From contig BDGG01000001.1 in assembly GCA_001949185.1 (NCBI GenBank), positions 3,957,624 to 4,021,623 on the forward strand: a stretch of 64,000 bases of DNA, given 5' to 3'. Made by a program: the position numbers and the translations under genes. Positions 1 through 14,651 of the stretch are shown piece by piece. How positions within the stretch are numbered: position 1 is the first letter of the stretch; each line of letters opens with the position of its first letter. The notes under the pieces are model-generated. The model ran no database searches, was not told the origin of the DNA, and saw nothing but the letters and a program-made list of their open reading frames with translations. Source of the DNA: Ramazzottius varieornatus. Taxonomy: Eukaryota; Animalia; Tardigrada.

Positions 1-8
1 TTTTCAAG

Positions 9-1886
9 ATGGCGACTCCGTAATTAATTAGAAACCTCGAAGAACCCGAAATTATATTTACTAACCTTTCCTCTTTGCAGGCTACGCTGGTACAAAAGCG
101 TCAAGAAGAACTCACTAGAGGCTCCGTTCGACTTCGAGCTTCATTCTGATGCCGTGGAGAAGTTTCAGCGCTTGACGAAGCTTCAGAATAAGCAAGAAAG
201 TAAGTGAAAGAATTCAATCCACGCGACAGATTTGACAATTGTTCTGATCAGGGTTGTTTTGTTCCAGAAAGTGAGGAACCCGGAGAGATGTTCCATCAGT
301 TTGGTCTCTACGACATCGTGTGCTCTCACCTGAAGGTCGCTCCGTTTCGAACATTCCAGCAACAACTCGAACACGTCGTCGCCGGAAGTTTGACTACGAT
401 TGACGTTAGCAAGCAAAACCTGACGGACGAACAAGTTCGACCCATCGCCATGTGCATAATGGTAAGAACGAAACCTTGGACACATAGCACCATCCAATGC
501 TGAGCTTTACTTGTTTCACTGACTAATGGTTTTGGGTTTAGTTGAGTGAGTTGGTAAACAGTCTGGACATCAGCGGGAACTTGATCAGTCCAACTGGCGC
601 AAACTACATAGCAGGAATTTGCGGACACACGGGACATCTTACCGAGCTAGTGAGTCTTAAGATCCCGTCAAGTTCGGGAATTGTAGTTGGGTGGCTTCGC
701 GATGTTCTCGCTACTACATTATCGTTAAGGCCGCTTTCTAGAATGCGTCGGACCAAAACTTCGGACCTAATGCGGTGGAGATCCTCTTTCAGTGTCTCAA
801 GCGACCTTACTGCAAGATGCAAAAGCTGTACCTCAACAACTGCGGCATCGGATCGGAGTGCGCACAGCTTATTGCCGGCATAATTATGGTAAGTAATTTC
901 TCTTCCTACGTCAAACACGACGTTCATCCCACGATTACTAACATCGTTTTGTTCGTAATGTACAGCAAAACAGAAGCCTCATAGTACTGGAGATCGCAAG
1001 CAACAACTTGGCCAACGTGGGACACAACGACATGTTCGGTCTGGCCATCGGTGAGTCGAAGACTTTCAACAGAGGAGTTTAAAGAAAGACCTTTCAGAAT
1101 TTTGTTTTGATCATAGCCGAGAACCCACTTCTGAAAGAGCTGAACATGGCGCATAATGGTTTTGGTCAAAAAGCGTCTTTCCTCATCTTCACTGGAGCAA
1201 AGGTGACCGTAGTCTTCTTACGTACGAAATATCTTTGAGGGTAATGATTAACCTTTGTGGTTTTCAGGCAAACAGCTCTTTGGAGGTCTTGCGATTCGAT
1301 AACAACCATGTAGGCGAAGAAGGATGCAAGGCGATCGCCGGTATGATAGAAGGCTCTGATCGACTGCAGGAACTGTACCTCGAACATTGTGCGATCAATG
1401 ACATCGGCGCCAAAAAGATAGGGAGTGGCATCGAGAAAAGCACAGCCGGAACTCTTGAGAAGCTGGTGGTACGTATCGGGTCTCAAACTGGATTCTTCCC
1501 TATCGATGGGCGTGATTTGACGTTATTGCTCTTGTTGTAGCTTCGGAACAACCCAATGGGCGGCGACGGTGCGAACTTCATACTGAAAGCGGCTGCCGCA
1601 AAGGACAAATTGAGACACGTGGACTTGTCGGTAAAGAGCTTTAATTTCACAGTGGTACTTGAATCAAGAAGTAAATCTGGTATTTTAGCTGTGTCCTGTA
1701 CACACAAAGTTCGTGGATGCTGCTCGGAAAATGATGACAGAGAGAGCTGAAATGTTTATCGACCATACAGGTGACGGTCTCATGAAAGCGTCGTTACCGA
1801 AGTACGAAATTGATATGGAAGCACTAGCGGAAAAGAAAGCCAAAGCTGAAGCTGCCAAAAAGAAAAAGAAAAAGTCAAGAAGCTGA
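9..1886 (+). CDS. Leucine-rich repeat protein (RI-like LRRs), LRRC74-like; multi-exon
   Basis: Exons join in frame from ATG 9. Segments LYDIVCSHLKVAPFRTFQQQL..IDVSKQNL, LYLNNCGIG, LRFDNNHVGEEGCKAIA, LYLEHCAINDIGAKKIG and LRNNPMGGDGA are RI-type LRRs resembling LRRC74. Lys-rich tail ends at TGA 1884-1886. Confidence 0.7.
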
Positions 1887-1957
1887 TAACGTGGGCTTCT
1901 CTCTTGGCTTCAAGTTGTGGTTTTGCCGTACACGCCGGGCTGTAGCTCTAACTGTAA

Positions 1958-3377
1958 CTAAGATTTTTCATGACTGAAACTGATAAAATCTAGAAATTCT
2001 TCGACAGTGGTGCCTCCCGGCTGAAGCGCCATTCTAATTTCCTTACCCCACATTCGTGCGGTCTCACCACTCTTTTCTTTTGTGGCCTTGATGGTGTCGG
2101 CAATTTTTGCTGCAGGTACTACCTTTCCTCCGATTCCGCCGTCAGTGATGATGGTTCCAGCTCCTCTGCTGGTAATGAACTCTGCGTTGACTAGCTGGTC
2201 CCCGAACATGGGCCAACATACTCTGTGAACAAAATACACTTTAATTATCCGCAAAAGCAAAACACATAAGTAAGGAAAATTCACACATAGGCTTTCCGCC
2301 CGATAGACCTTCCAGCGTGCTGTTCCATCCACAATGGCTGACAAACACCTCTACGGAAGGATGCCCAAGCACCAGTTTCTGATCGACCCAAGGAAGAATG
2401 ACACCTTTCCCGTCGAAGTTCTCGACAGCGGACTTGAGTTCTTCCGGCAAAAATCCATGGTGGGTCTTTCTCAGAGACCAGATGAAGGGTTGGTTCATAC
2501 CGATAAGGGATGAACCAATTTCTTTTACTTGAGGTGGAATGGGACTAGCGACTGATCCGAATGAAATAAAAACAACATTCTCCTTTCCGTCTAACCACTT
2601 CTCCAGAGCGCTGCAACTAGCAACCTTGTCCGAGATAGATTTCTCTTCCGGCAGTAGGGGACCCACACAGTAGAAGGGTTTCCCGGCAAGCAGCGGGTCC
2701 TTCTCGCACTCGGCAATCGTCTTTCGTTCTAGCTCACGGGCAGAGTTTGCCACAATACCTTTGCAGTCCGGAAAGGCGGTTCTGATGGGGAAGAAAGAGC
2801 TCTTGAAGACTGTTCCAACCGTCTGTATCTGACCATCTGGGCCAATGGGATCCATGAAGGTGCCCATAGTCTCCGTGGTCGGCGTGTCTTCTTTGAGGAG
2901 TAAGCAGTATTTGATAAAGTCAGTGTTTCCGGGAACGAACAGGTAATAAGGAATGCTTCGTTCTATGCAAACGTGCAAGGCTTCTGCCACGAAGATGTCG
3001 GCCACCACCACGTCGACCGGGTCTCTTGAAGTTGGGAGACCGACTGGAGTCGGCACCGAGGATAACAGCTGGCGGACTGCAGTCAGGGTCTTGTCCCAAA
3101 TATACGCGAACGACCGATGAATTTCCGTAGCGTCGGCTTGTTTCATGTCGATATCGTCCTCAACTATGTGCAGCTGAATGTTCTTCTTGTCAGCTTCGGA
3201 GTACATGTCTTTTTCCAGCAAGTCTTTGTAGCAGGCTTGGGAGATCGCGAACGTCACATGGTGGTACTTGGCAATCTTTCTGGACAGCTCCAGCATTGGA
3301 GTGATATGCCCAAAGGCAGGAAATGTCAGGACCAGGACGTGCATCTTTCGGGAGGGATCTTCGGATAGGGCAGGCAT
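1958..3377 (-). CDS. UDP-glycosyltransferase (GT1), soluble plant-type; one short intron near 2226-2290
   Basis: N-terminal HVLVLTFPAFGHITPMLEL, VFISFGS, and a PSPG-like box WVDQ..LGHPSV..FVSHCGWNSTLEG..//VCWPMFGDQLVNA. No signal peptide or C-terminal TM helix. Confidence 0.93.
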
Positions 3378-4207
3378 GGTGAATCGCTGTCGGTGATCTA
3401 CTATGGGCAGAAAGAAAATGAATGCAGAGGATGCCGGAACCAGCAACCGATTGAGGTTAGTCACTTGCAGACTTCCGGTTGATAACGCGGATATCCCTTA
3501 TCTGCAAATTCGCGGACGCTTACGAACCATACGTGTTTTTGACTAGGAACATAAAATATACGACACATACGTTGTCGCAGGAGCCGTTCAAAAAGCTGAA
3601 GTTCCGACGAGGAAGTGATTGCCTTCGCTGAAGTTTCATGGACTCGCAGTAGCTCAATGCAAAATTGAACACTGCGGTTATCAAGTGCAACCTCATCAAA
3701 GCACCTCATAATTCAGACAACGTTTCATCCCCGTAAACTAAAATGAATCGATTTGTGAATCTGATAAGGCGCTTGCAGCAAGATATCGATTTTTATTCTG
3801 TGCCTGATAAGACGAGTGGTCACTGGTCAGTGAATCATTGCGGGCAGGGAATCAAACGAGCAATTTCGCCTCCGGCAGCATCTAATGACCGCACATGACG
3901 TAACGATCACGCACTACAATGATCCCATATCGTATTCAGCCGTCCAAAAAGGCTTATGACGTCATGCGTGGCGAGGATCGCAGAACGGCATTCGAAAGGC
4001 GGGCGAACGATCGAATGTTGGATTGAACCAGGGGAACAGGCCAGGCACAAGGCCACTGGCTCGCGTCTTTATTAAGTTCTTAGGGCATTAATATGTTCAG
4101 ACCGTCTAAAGTGTGTTGACCAAAATTGTGGAAATGGCTGAAAGAGCTGAGTTTTTCGCAGGTCTCGTTCTTGGGAGGAGTACTGCGAGGATCCATCGCT
4201 CATCAAC

Positions 4208-6741
<2,534 letters not shown>

Positions 6742-6934
6742 TAGTTTTATTCTTTATTATTTCGTCCGTTTGGCATTCCTTTCAGAGTTTAGAGTTGTGC
6801 TCCTTTCATGTGAGCAGTCACACACCCGAACGTTTTAAATATATAGCTGATACGTTTGGAAATGAATCCAAATCTTTTGTAGCGGGTTCGCGGTGCGAAA
6901 AGACCTTCAGGGCCTTCAAGATTCACTTCTGGTC

Positions 6935-7502
6935 CTACTTCTTTCCGTAAGTGCAGCCTAAGAAGAAGGATACGGTAAGTCACAGTACACCTGTACGCAG
7001 ATAACGATGAAGTACCTGGATAAGGATACGTGTAGTAGCGTCCTCCGCAGAGGTAGTAAGTTGGCTGAGCAGGTGCGACGGCTGTTCCTGCAGTCCCAGC
7101 TCCAGCGGGATAAGTGCAGCCAGCGTACGGGTAAGTATAATACAGTCCGTTACACTGGTAGTAGGTCGCGGCACCGGCAACAGGTGCCACGGTGGCGGCA
7201 CCCGGTGCGGGAGCTACGGTCACTGGGGGCACAGTGGCTGGCGCGACGGTAGCAGGATTACCTGGGGCTGCGGTTGGTGCGGCGGCGGCGACTCCGGGAT
7301 ACGTGCACGCGGGATTAGGGTACGTGTAGTAGAGGCCGTTGCAGAGATAATAGGTTGGCTGACCAGCGGCTGCTTGAGTGCCGTATCGGCAACCGGGGTA
7401 AGGGTAGGTATAGTAAAGGCCGTTACACAGGTAGTACTGGGCCTTCGTCACGGAGATAAGAACCGCCAACAACACCAGTACAGTCGATACATCGCCGACC
7501 AT
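6935..7502 (-). CDS. Secreted Tyr/Cys-rich repeat protein (4x YYxCxGxYYTYPxxxCxY), unknown family; intron 6958-7015
   Basis: Signal peptide (VLVLLAVLISVTKA) and four near-identical repeats with Ala/Pro linkers. GT-AG splicing gives C-terminus YPGCTYGKK*. Confidence 0.8.
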
Positions 7503-8204
7503 CTTCAGAGGGAAAGCTCTAAAGGTGTCTAGTACAAACTTCTCACTGCGAGTTGCGAGGATCAGAATTTCATTACGGTTCTTGATGGCGATCGATCTTC
7601 AACCTTCCATCAGTTCTTATAGATTGGCGTCGCGTGAGGTTCTTCCCATCTCGAGTGGGGAAAATAGTTGACGCTTTGATTATTCATAGGGAATGATTAC
7701 TAGCCAAACATAGTCATCTCCATTCCTCGTAGTGACGCACGAGAGATAACCTCCACGAACGCGAGATCAGTTACGTAACCGGTACAATCCCTGTGCAAAG
7801 AATCTGCGTACAGCTCGTCACGTTCTAAGGCAACCCAGCTGCGGAATACAGGGCGTTGAAGGCGAGTTCAAGATCACGATGAAAGGCAAATTTTACTGAA
7901 ATCTGCCAGATCGTAGGAAATAACTATTACAAGAATTGTAAATCAGTTCGACGCAGCGTTTCCAAAACAGGTGAAAAGTTGAGAAATTCAAATAACCTAA
8001 ACGAAGAAATCTACCTGCAATTCGAAGGAAGGTTCCTCAAATAGGTAAACATGATATTACACGAAGCCACGAAGCTGATGACGATGGCCAAGCATCGTTC
8101 CACCGTTCTTCATAAGACCAAGAAAAAGGAAACACTACCCATCGGACAATGATAAGAAAACGAAGAGAAAAAAGCTAAAAGATCCCTGCTGAGCCCTCCA
8201 GACT

Positions 8205-10603
8205 TCACGTCGTAGTGTCAGGTTGAGGCATCGTGGTCACGTGGGCCATGCCCAACTTGGAAATCTGGATGTAGTAGGCAGGCTTGAGCGCAACTGGCGA
8301 ACCAGTCTGCAGTGTGGCAATGGGAGCGCAATTGGGCACTGAAACAACCGGATGCAGAACGGCCGTCCTTGGTCCTGGAGAAGCGTCTGAATCGACCGGC
8401 TCAACCTACCAAAAGCGAAATAACATTTGGCTGTTCCTCTGCCGAAAAAGTTTTTGGGATTATTATCGTCACTCTTTGATCGGAAAACCAAATGGGAGGG
8501 AGGCAAACAAGACGTACAAGACCGATATTCAAAGCAGCGCACTTTTCTATTGTTATTGGTTGGACGTGTGCGCCACTTAAAGCAACGTTCTTGTATGTTT
8601 CGTTTGCCTTCCATTTCGTTTTCAAGTCTCGATCGATATTATTTAAACTGAAATCCACTTTTAGAGTAACCGTTCCCGCTGCGGACTGAGTTTGTCTTTG
8701 ATCGACTGGAAGTTCCGGAAAATATATTTACGAAATCACATGTCCAGGTATATTTTACTCGTGTGCGTACCTTGATGGGGGCTGGTGCAATGGGCGTCTG
8801 GCTCTTAAGAACGTTTTCCATGACACGTCGCTGCTGAGTCTGCTTCTGGACCGTAGCCGCCACGGCAGCTTGAGTCATTTGCTCCTTCTTCTTACCTTCC
8901 TGCAGCTTCTTCAGCCGTTCTTGGTGTTCGTTCAGCAGGATGACGAAGTGCGATGTCATGAAGCTCGGCAAGCTTTCGACAGCCTTCCTCACTTGTGGCG
9001 CACCGTACTCGCCCTTGTCCAATGCTCGGACGAGCGAAGTATGACGGAGGACTTCTGTGTCTTCCACAATCTTGAACGGTTCTGAGAACAGCAGCTCGTA
9101 CTCTTTCGCGTCGATACCCACCGAACATTCAACCTCCGACTTCTGGGGACAGTTCAAGAAGAGGAAGGGAAGATGGATGCGCTGAGACTCGTCATCTTCC
9201 AGCTCGGAGGCCAACGACGCGTTGGAAACTTCCATGTTGGAATCCTCATCCTAGATAACATTTGCGAACCGTTGGCAATGCTCGAAAGAAGACCAGACCT
9301 GCAACAGCTAACCTTTGCTTCGGCAGCCATCTTCTCGAAGACTTTTCTTCTTCGTTGCTTGTTATCTTCAGCCAATTCTTTCAAACCAATATACTGAAGT
9401 GAGGAATGGAACATTCGTTGACGAAGCTGCATCAGGGCTTTCTTGCGATCATGCGAGTGATCTTTCTTGGCCATACCAGCTTCATTCAGCGAACGAGGCA
9501 AGCCCACCCATCGAATCTGCTTGCGTTCCTTCTGGATGACGTTGATGGCCATCAGAACATTCAGAGCATCGTACACTCTTCGCCTAATATTCTTCTGCTC
9601 ACAGGCGATTTCTTCTCGTGTCTTTGCCAAGGAGTTTGGGTCGGAATACTCCAGAACGAGATCCTCCGCCACCGAATTGTAGGTTGTCAGCTGCGACGTG
9701 AAGAAAATTAAGAAATCTAATTATGCACCACCACCTGCATACGCTTATACAACAGTAAAACCACGGAGCAATGTATGCAGGTAAACGAAAATGCAAATAC
9801 TGATCTAAAACTAACCTGAAAAATCCTCGAAAATCATCCAGAATATTCCGGATTGGTTAGGACGTTATTAAAACTGTACGAGGTACTGGTTCCACTTACG
9901 CTTTTTTCTCGGACTTTGTCGCAGACTTTCGTAGCGAAATATCGTAATCCCTTCACTCCATCTTCCGTCGTTCTTCTTCGCCGTTTGTTAGCAGGCTCTG
10001 TCCCTGGTTCCGTCTTGATCACGATACCATTCGAGGCCGCGTTAGCAGCAGCTGCAGCGTTCATCGGTCCATCTGACCTAGAACGTTTCTTGGTTGTGCT
10101 GACCAGTGTAGGAACGGCGACTGGTGCAGCAGGTGTCGTCTTCAGCATTGTCTTCGCCCCACTGGTCGACGCAGCGCTGTTAGAACTGCTGGGACTGAGC
10201 GTGACACTTTTGGTGCCATTGGGCACAGCTATCGTCAGCGGAAACTTGTAGGTGGTCACACCTGTGGCGTTGGAGACACTGAACACCTTCGTTGGACCTG
10301 GAAAAAAAGGCAGATTAACTGAAATTCAAACAAATTTTCAGTTTCAGAAATCCAACCTGGTTTCGGTGGTCCAGCTTTCATCATGGGACGGACATTAATG
10401 GTTTTGGGGAGTGTAACAGCGATGGGTTTGAGGGAAAAGGCAACTCCTGTCCCATTGGGCTTGATGGCGATGGATGGAATTGAAGTGGTAGAAGAAGCTT
10501 CGGACGTTTTGGAGGATGAAACAGACTGTGACGTTACTGGTTCCGGTACGGTTTCAGCAAGTGTAATCGACGTCGACGGCGTCGAAGAGGTGATCTCGTT
10601 CAT
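8205..10603 (-). CDS. TFDP: Transcription factor DP (E2F dimerization partner)
   Basis: KGLRYFATKVCDKV, VAEDLV, KNIRRRVYDALNVLMAINVI..ERKQIRWVGLP (DEF box) and IHLPFLFLN..FSEPFKIVEDTEVL (DP domain). Confidence 0.93.
8492..8613. repeat. Intronic palindromic element (GCGCAC-N25-GTGCGC family), copy 1, DP intron
   Basis: GGCAAACAAGACGTACAAG..AAGCAGCGCAC-N25-GTGCGCCACTT..CTTGTATGTTTCGTTTGCC. Confidence 0.85.
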
Positions 10604-11313
10604 GCTGGAGTCTTCGAGCCGTCAGCAAGGACAGTAGCTATTCCAGACTCTGAATATGCGAGACAATAATGAAACTCGTGAACTGAAGCACTCAATCAGT
10701 CAATCCAGCACTGAAGAAGCAATTCCGTCTCAAACCACAAAAGAAAAAGCAACGGTTTAACAACAAATTTGCAGATCGTTCTGATCTCTTGTTTCTGTGT
10801 AAACGCTTACCTCAACCGATGCTTCTGTCCCATTCCAGTAGTATTGAACGAAACATGCGATATAACAGCTTTCGAAGAAACGACGGAGGAAATGGTGACA
10901 CTACGAACAAGTTGTGCAATAAACTGGACTGGATCGAGTTTCAACAGCGCACTGGAAGCTTTCGTTGGTTGCTGGAACTAGATGGCCAGTCTTCCACCTG
11001 CTAGATCCGCAACGATTCCTGGAGCTTCTTGGATGTCCACCGTCTGGGAACGAAGGCGTGGGAGCAACCGGAAACCTGGTGAAGACAGAACAAAGCCCGA
11101 AGAATTCAAATTTCAAGTGCAGCATGTCGGTGTCACGCTGTCTGGCACACTAATCGCCGTAGCACAAAAGAGTAGGCGCTAGGCCAAAGCAGAATTTCAA
11201 AGACAAGCCTGTTGAGCTCTGCAGTGTTTCTCCGTTTCCCCCGACATCCCTAGGGGGACACACGCAAGTTTTCGGGTGGCCCCGGGAGCTGGAACTGTGC
11301 GCTTAAGTCGTAA

Positions 11314-11503
11314 TACAGATTGCGAGCGAAAGCGCACTAGCACAATTCCATACGTTCAGGTCCTTCAGGAACATCGTGATATCATTTATAAATACTGTGC
11401 GACTCTTTTAACACAGAGCCTACGACACAAACTTGTTCCTATGATGTCACGATGTTTTTGTGTGTATCGAATTGTGCTAGTGCGCTTTCGCTCGCAATCT
11501 CTA
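11314..11503. mobile_element. MITE with ~40-bp terminal inverted repeats
   Basis: AGATTGCGAGCGAAAGCGCACTAGCACAATTC at 11317 is exactly inverted at 11469-11500; TA at both ends. Confidence 0.8.
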
Positions 11504-11800
11504 TATAGTTTCAAGCTACGTTAAAAAAACGCGGGAATTGAACATCTAACACAAACATCTTTCAGATTTATCCCGTTGCTCTTCCAAAACTCGGTGTTTC
11601 CGAGTGTTTGCATTGCTTGTCTGAGTATCGTTCCTGAGAGCATCGCCGGAAGCTGGACAACCATTTGGAAGGTGAGCGGATGTAAGGACCGCAACTTCTG
11701 CAAGCCATCCTTAGTCAAGTGGTACAGCCGCTCGAGTTGTGGACACTGCTTGTTGGATCCCCATTTTGTGGAGCGGGAGAAGCAGTATCGCTTCCGGAAG

Positions 11801-14331
11801 ATGACGGACATCACGAAGTATTTTCGTTTGAACGGCATCAACATTCGAAGGTATGTCTACTGTATTCAGGGGTTCGGCATTGGTCTCTTGGTACTCGTAG
11901 TGTTTGCTCGCTCTGACATTTTTGATCGAAGATGCACTTCGTTGGAAGCACTATACTGCTAACTACGCTGTTCGTGTTTGCAGCGAGGCTGCGCAGTATC
12001 TATCTTCGTTGGTAGCAGATAAGTCTGCGAAAGATCGAAAGCTTTTACTGGAGCAAGTCATCAAGCATTTGCAAAGACAATCAGGTGGGATCTCATCGAT
12101 TTCTATATCTGAATAGTATTGTTACTGTACCAATGCAGCAGCATCGTATGCCGTACTTTACCACAAATTGGTATCAACTTTCTTGTTTTCAGAAAGCTCG
12201 TTGGTAATAACGAGGCAGGAGATCGAAATTGCTGTGAAGGAGTTTGCCGTGCAAGATGACACCTCGGGGTACGATATGACCAGAAATCTGGCAGAAAACA
12301 CTCTTTGTTAACCGAAAGTCAACGATAGTTTCGTTCTTCCTAGGACCGAATTTTTCTGGGTATACGATGCCTTCTCCCTCCCAGTCCTCTACTACGACCC
12401 CGAAAAGAAGCATTACACCCAGTAAGTGATACTTAATTCCGTGTCTGGAACAATAACCTCGGCTCCAGTGCTCTGACATGCCTTTCTTTTAGTGCTTCTG
12501 CCTTGAACAAACCGCCGCCCAAGCTTCACGAAAATGCCGAGTGGAAGAATTTTTCTTACGTCGATCGTTACGAAGCCTTGTTCTATGTAAGTATCTGATG
12601 GTCTTTTCCCAGCGTTTAGCCTGCAGGATTGATTTAGATCTCCGATTTCAACTGATATCTCTTGATTCTGTTTTGTAGCGCGCATTGAGAAACCCTCTCT
12701 TCATGAGACCAGCTATGGACAGGAATACGGATACCGAAGGGAGATTCACGGTAACAGTGCGGATGCTGCCGATCAACCAGTGGGTCCGCCGTTAGTTAAC
12801 GAATCCGTTTTTGTAGCTCCATTTGGTTGAAGAACTGCTGAGTTCCTCCAACGCTATCTACAACACGGTTGTCCTCGGGATGATTTCCTCACTTCAAGAA
12901 GGAAAGTATCACCTGGAGGACCCTACCGGTGCCATAGAACTGGACATTGGGGTTGAGACCAGCTTCCATTCCGGCCTGTTTGTCGAGAACGTCTTTGTCA
13001 TTGTCGAAGGATGGTACGACGATCGGGTCTTCCATGCCACCGGTCTTGGAATGCCTCCACCCGAGACTCGAACTACCACACAGTAAGGTACTTAGATAAG
13101 CACTTATTGATCTCGAGTCATAAAATGGCTCCTCGTCAAACTGGGAAACTTCTGTAGGATTTTTTTCGGAGACTTTAACTTCTTCGGAGGTCCATCTCAA
13201 GTTTCTCTCAAGGCGTCCACAAAGCTTTTACGTCTCGAAGGCATGGATCCGGACGCCATGTTTGTCTTTCTTGCTGACGTATGGCTTGACAAACCCGATG
13301 TAATTGACGTCGATTACTTTGAACAACGAATCTTGATTGTATTGGTATCATCTGCAGGCCGGCAAACGAAACGTGGCAGATCTCAAGCGGCGCACGATTC
13401 CAGCCGATGACAATGCAGACGTGCGCCACTTCAGATAACAATCTTGTACATCTCGTTCGCCGACGTCCCATTTTTTAAGTTTGTAATGTTCTCCCTAAGG
13501 TGTTGGAAAGGATGGACAAACTCTTCAAAGGCTTTTCTAGCTGTCCACCTTTCTGTTTTGTGCTGTGCGGAGATTTCGTCTGTGAGACGGAGAACCTGCA
13601 CCACGGAATGCTTCTGAAAAGTACGTAAAGCGTTTCTGCTTTTCCATCACTAGTATCAACTCCTGTGAGAGCCAAGGGTGATGTGTTACAGATGGATTGA
13701 AGGATATGGGTAGCCTGATCCAACGATATTCCAGCATACTTCGCAAAAGCCGTTTCGTCTTCGTTCCTGGTCCCATGGACATTGGCGGTAACGGCATGAC
13801 ACCTCGACCTCGCCTCCCGAAGAACCTGACGGTTGACTTCGAGAAGACTATTCCCAACGCTGTCTTCACGTCAAATCCTTGCCGTATCCAATACTGCACG
13901 AAAGAGATAGTTGTCATGCGGGAAGACATCCTTACGAAGATGTGTCGTACTCTCATTAAAGACCCACCTTCCCATGGAAAAGAAACTCGATTCAAACAAC
14001 TTTCCGCAAACGTAGGTTACTATTGCCCTCTATTTCACCCTTTGTTCTGATTGTTTCTTTTCTGTCTTGGTAGTTGGCGAAGACCATACTGGCGCAAGGG
14101 CATCTTTGCCCACTTCCGGCTCACATTCTTCCAGTGTACTGGTCCTACGACCACACTCTCCGCCTGACTGCGCTTCCTGATCTTGTCGTTATCGCCGACA
14201 TACAAGAGCCTTTCGCCGAAAAGTACGCTGAATGTTTTGTAGCCAACCCTAGCTCATTTCCTCGACATAAATATCAGTTTCATGTGTACATGCCTTGTCG
14301 AGGAACTATCGAGCTGAGCCAGATAGACTGA
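11801..14331 (+). CDS. POLE2: DNA polymerase epsilon subunit 2 (B subunit)
   Basis: Exon 1 [16 protein letters not shown], then [92 protein letters not shown] and NPSSF. Confidence 0.95.
13346..13470. repeat. Intronic palindromic element, copy 2, POLE2 intron
   Basis: GGCAAACGAAAC..AAGCGGCGCAC-N25-GTGCGCCACTT..TCGTTCGCCGACGTCCCA. Confidence 0.85.
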
Positions 14332-14651
14332 ACTTCCGGTTGCGAAGTCGGTGTTGATTTTTACCCTTTTTAGTCTCGAGCAACTCTTTAGCTTCAAATA
14401 GGTTAGTTCTTTCGGGAGACAACATGGGAATTACTGTCTCTGGGTGGAGTTTAGAGAAATGTAAGAGAAGCTCGTTAACACTATCATCGACGAATATATT
14501 TGAGCATTTCTGGCAAAACTTTCTGAAGTAGAACTATGGACAACAGTGACAACACAGTAATACAACCGGTTCGCAAGCTAAGGGCAATTATCGGGTTCGA
14601 CATTGAAGTGAGTTAACGAGATTCTGTCGGTTCATTGAGTTCGTCGAGCCT

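Noticed and set aside
10769-11182. Short ORFs between DP and POLE2
   Set aside because: No homology; more likely the DP 5' UTR exon (minus-strand donor near 10810) and promoter.
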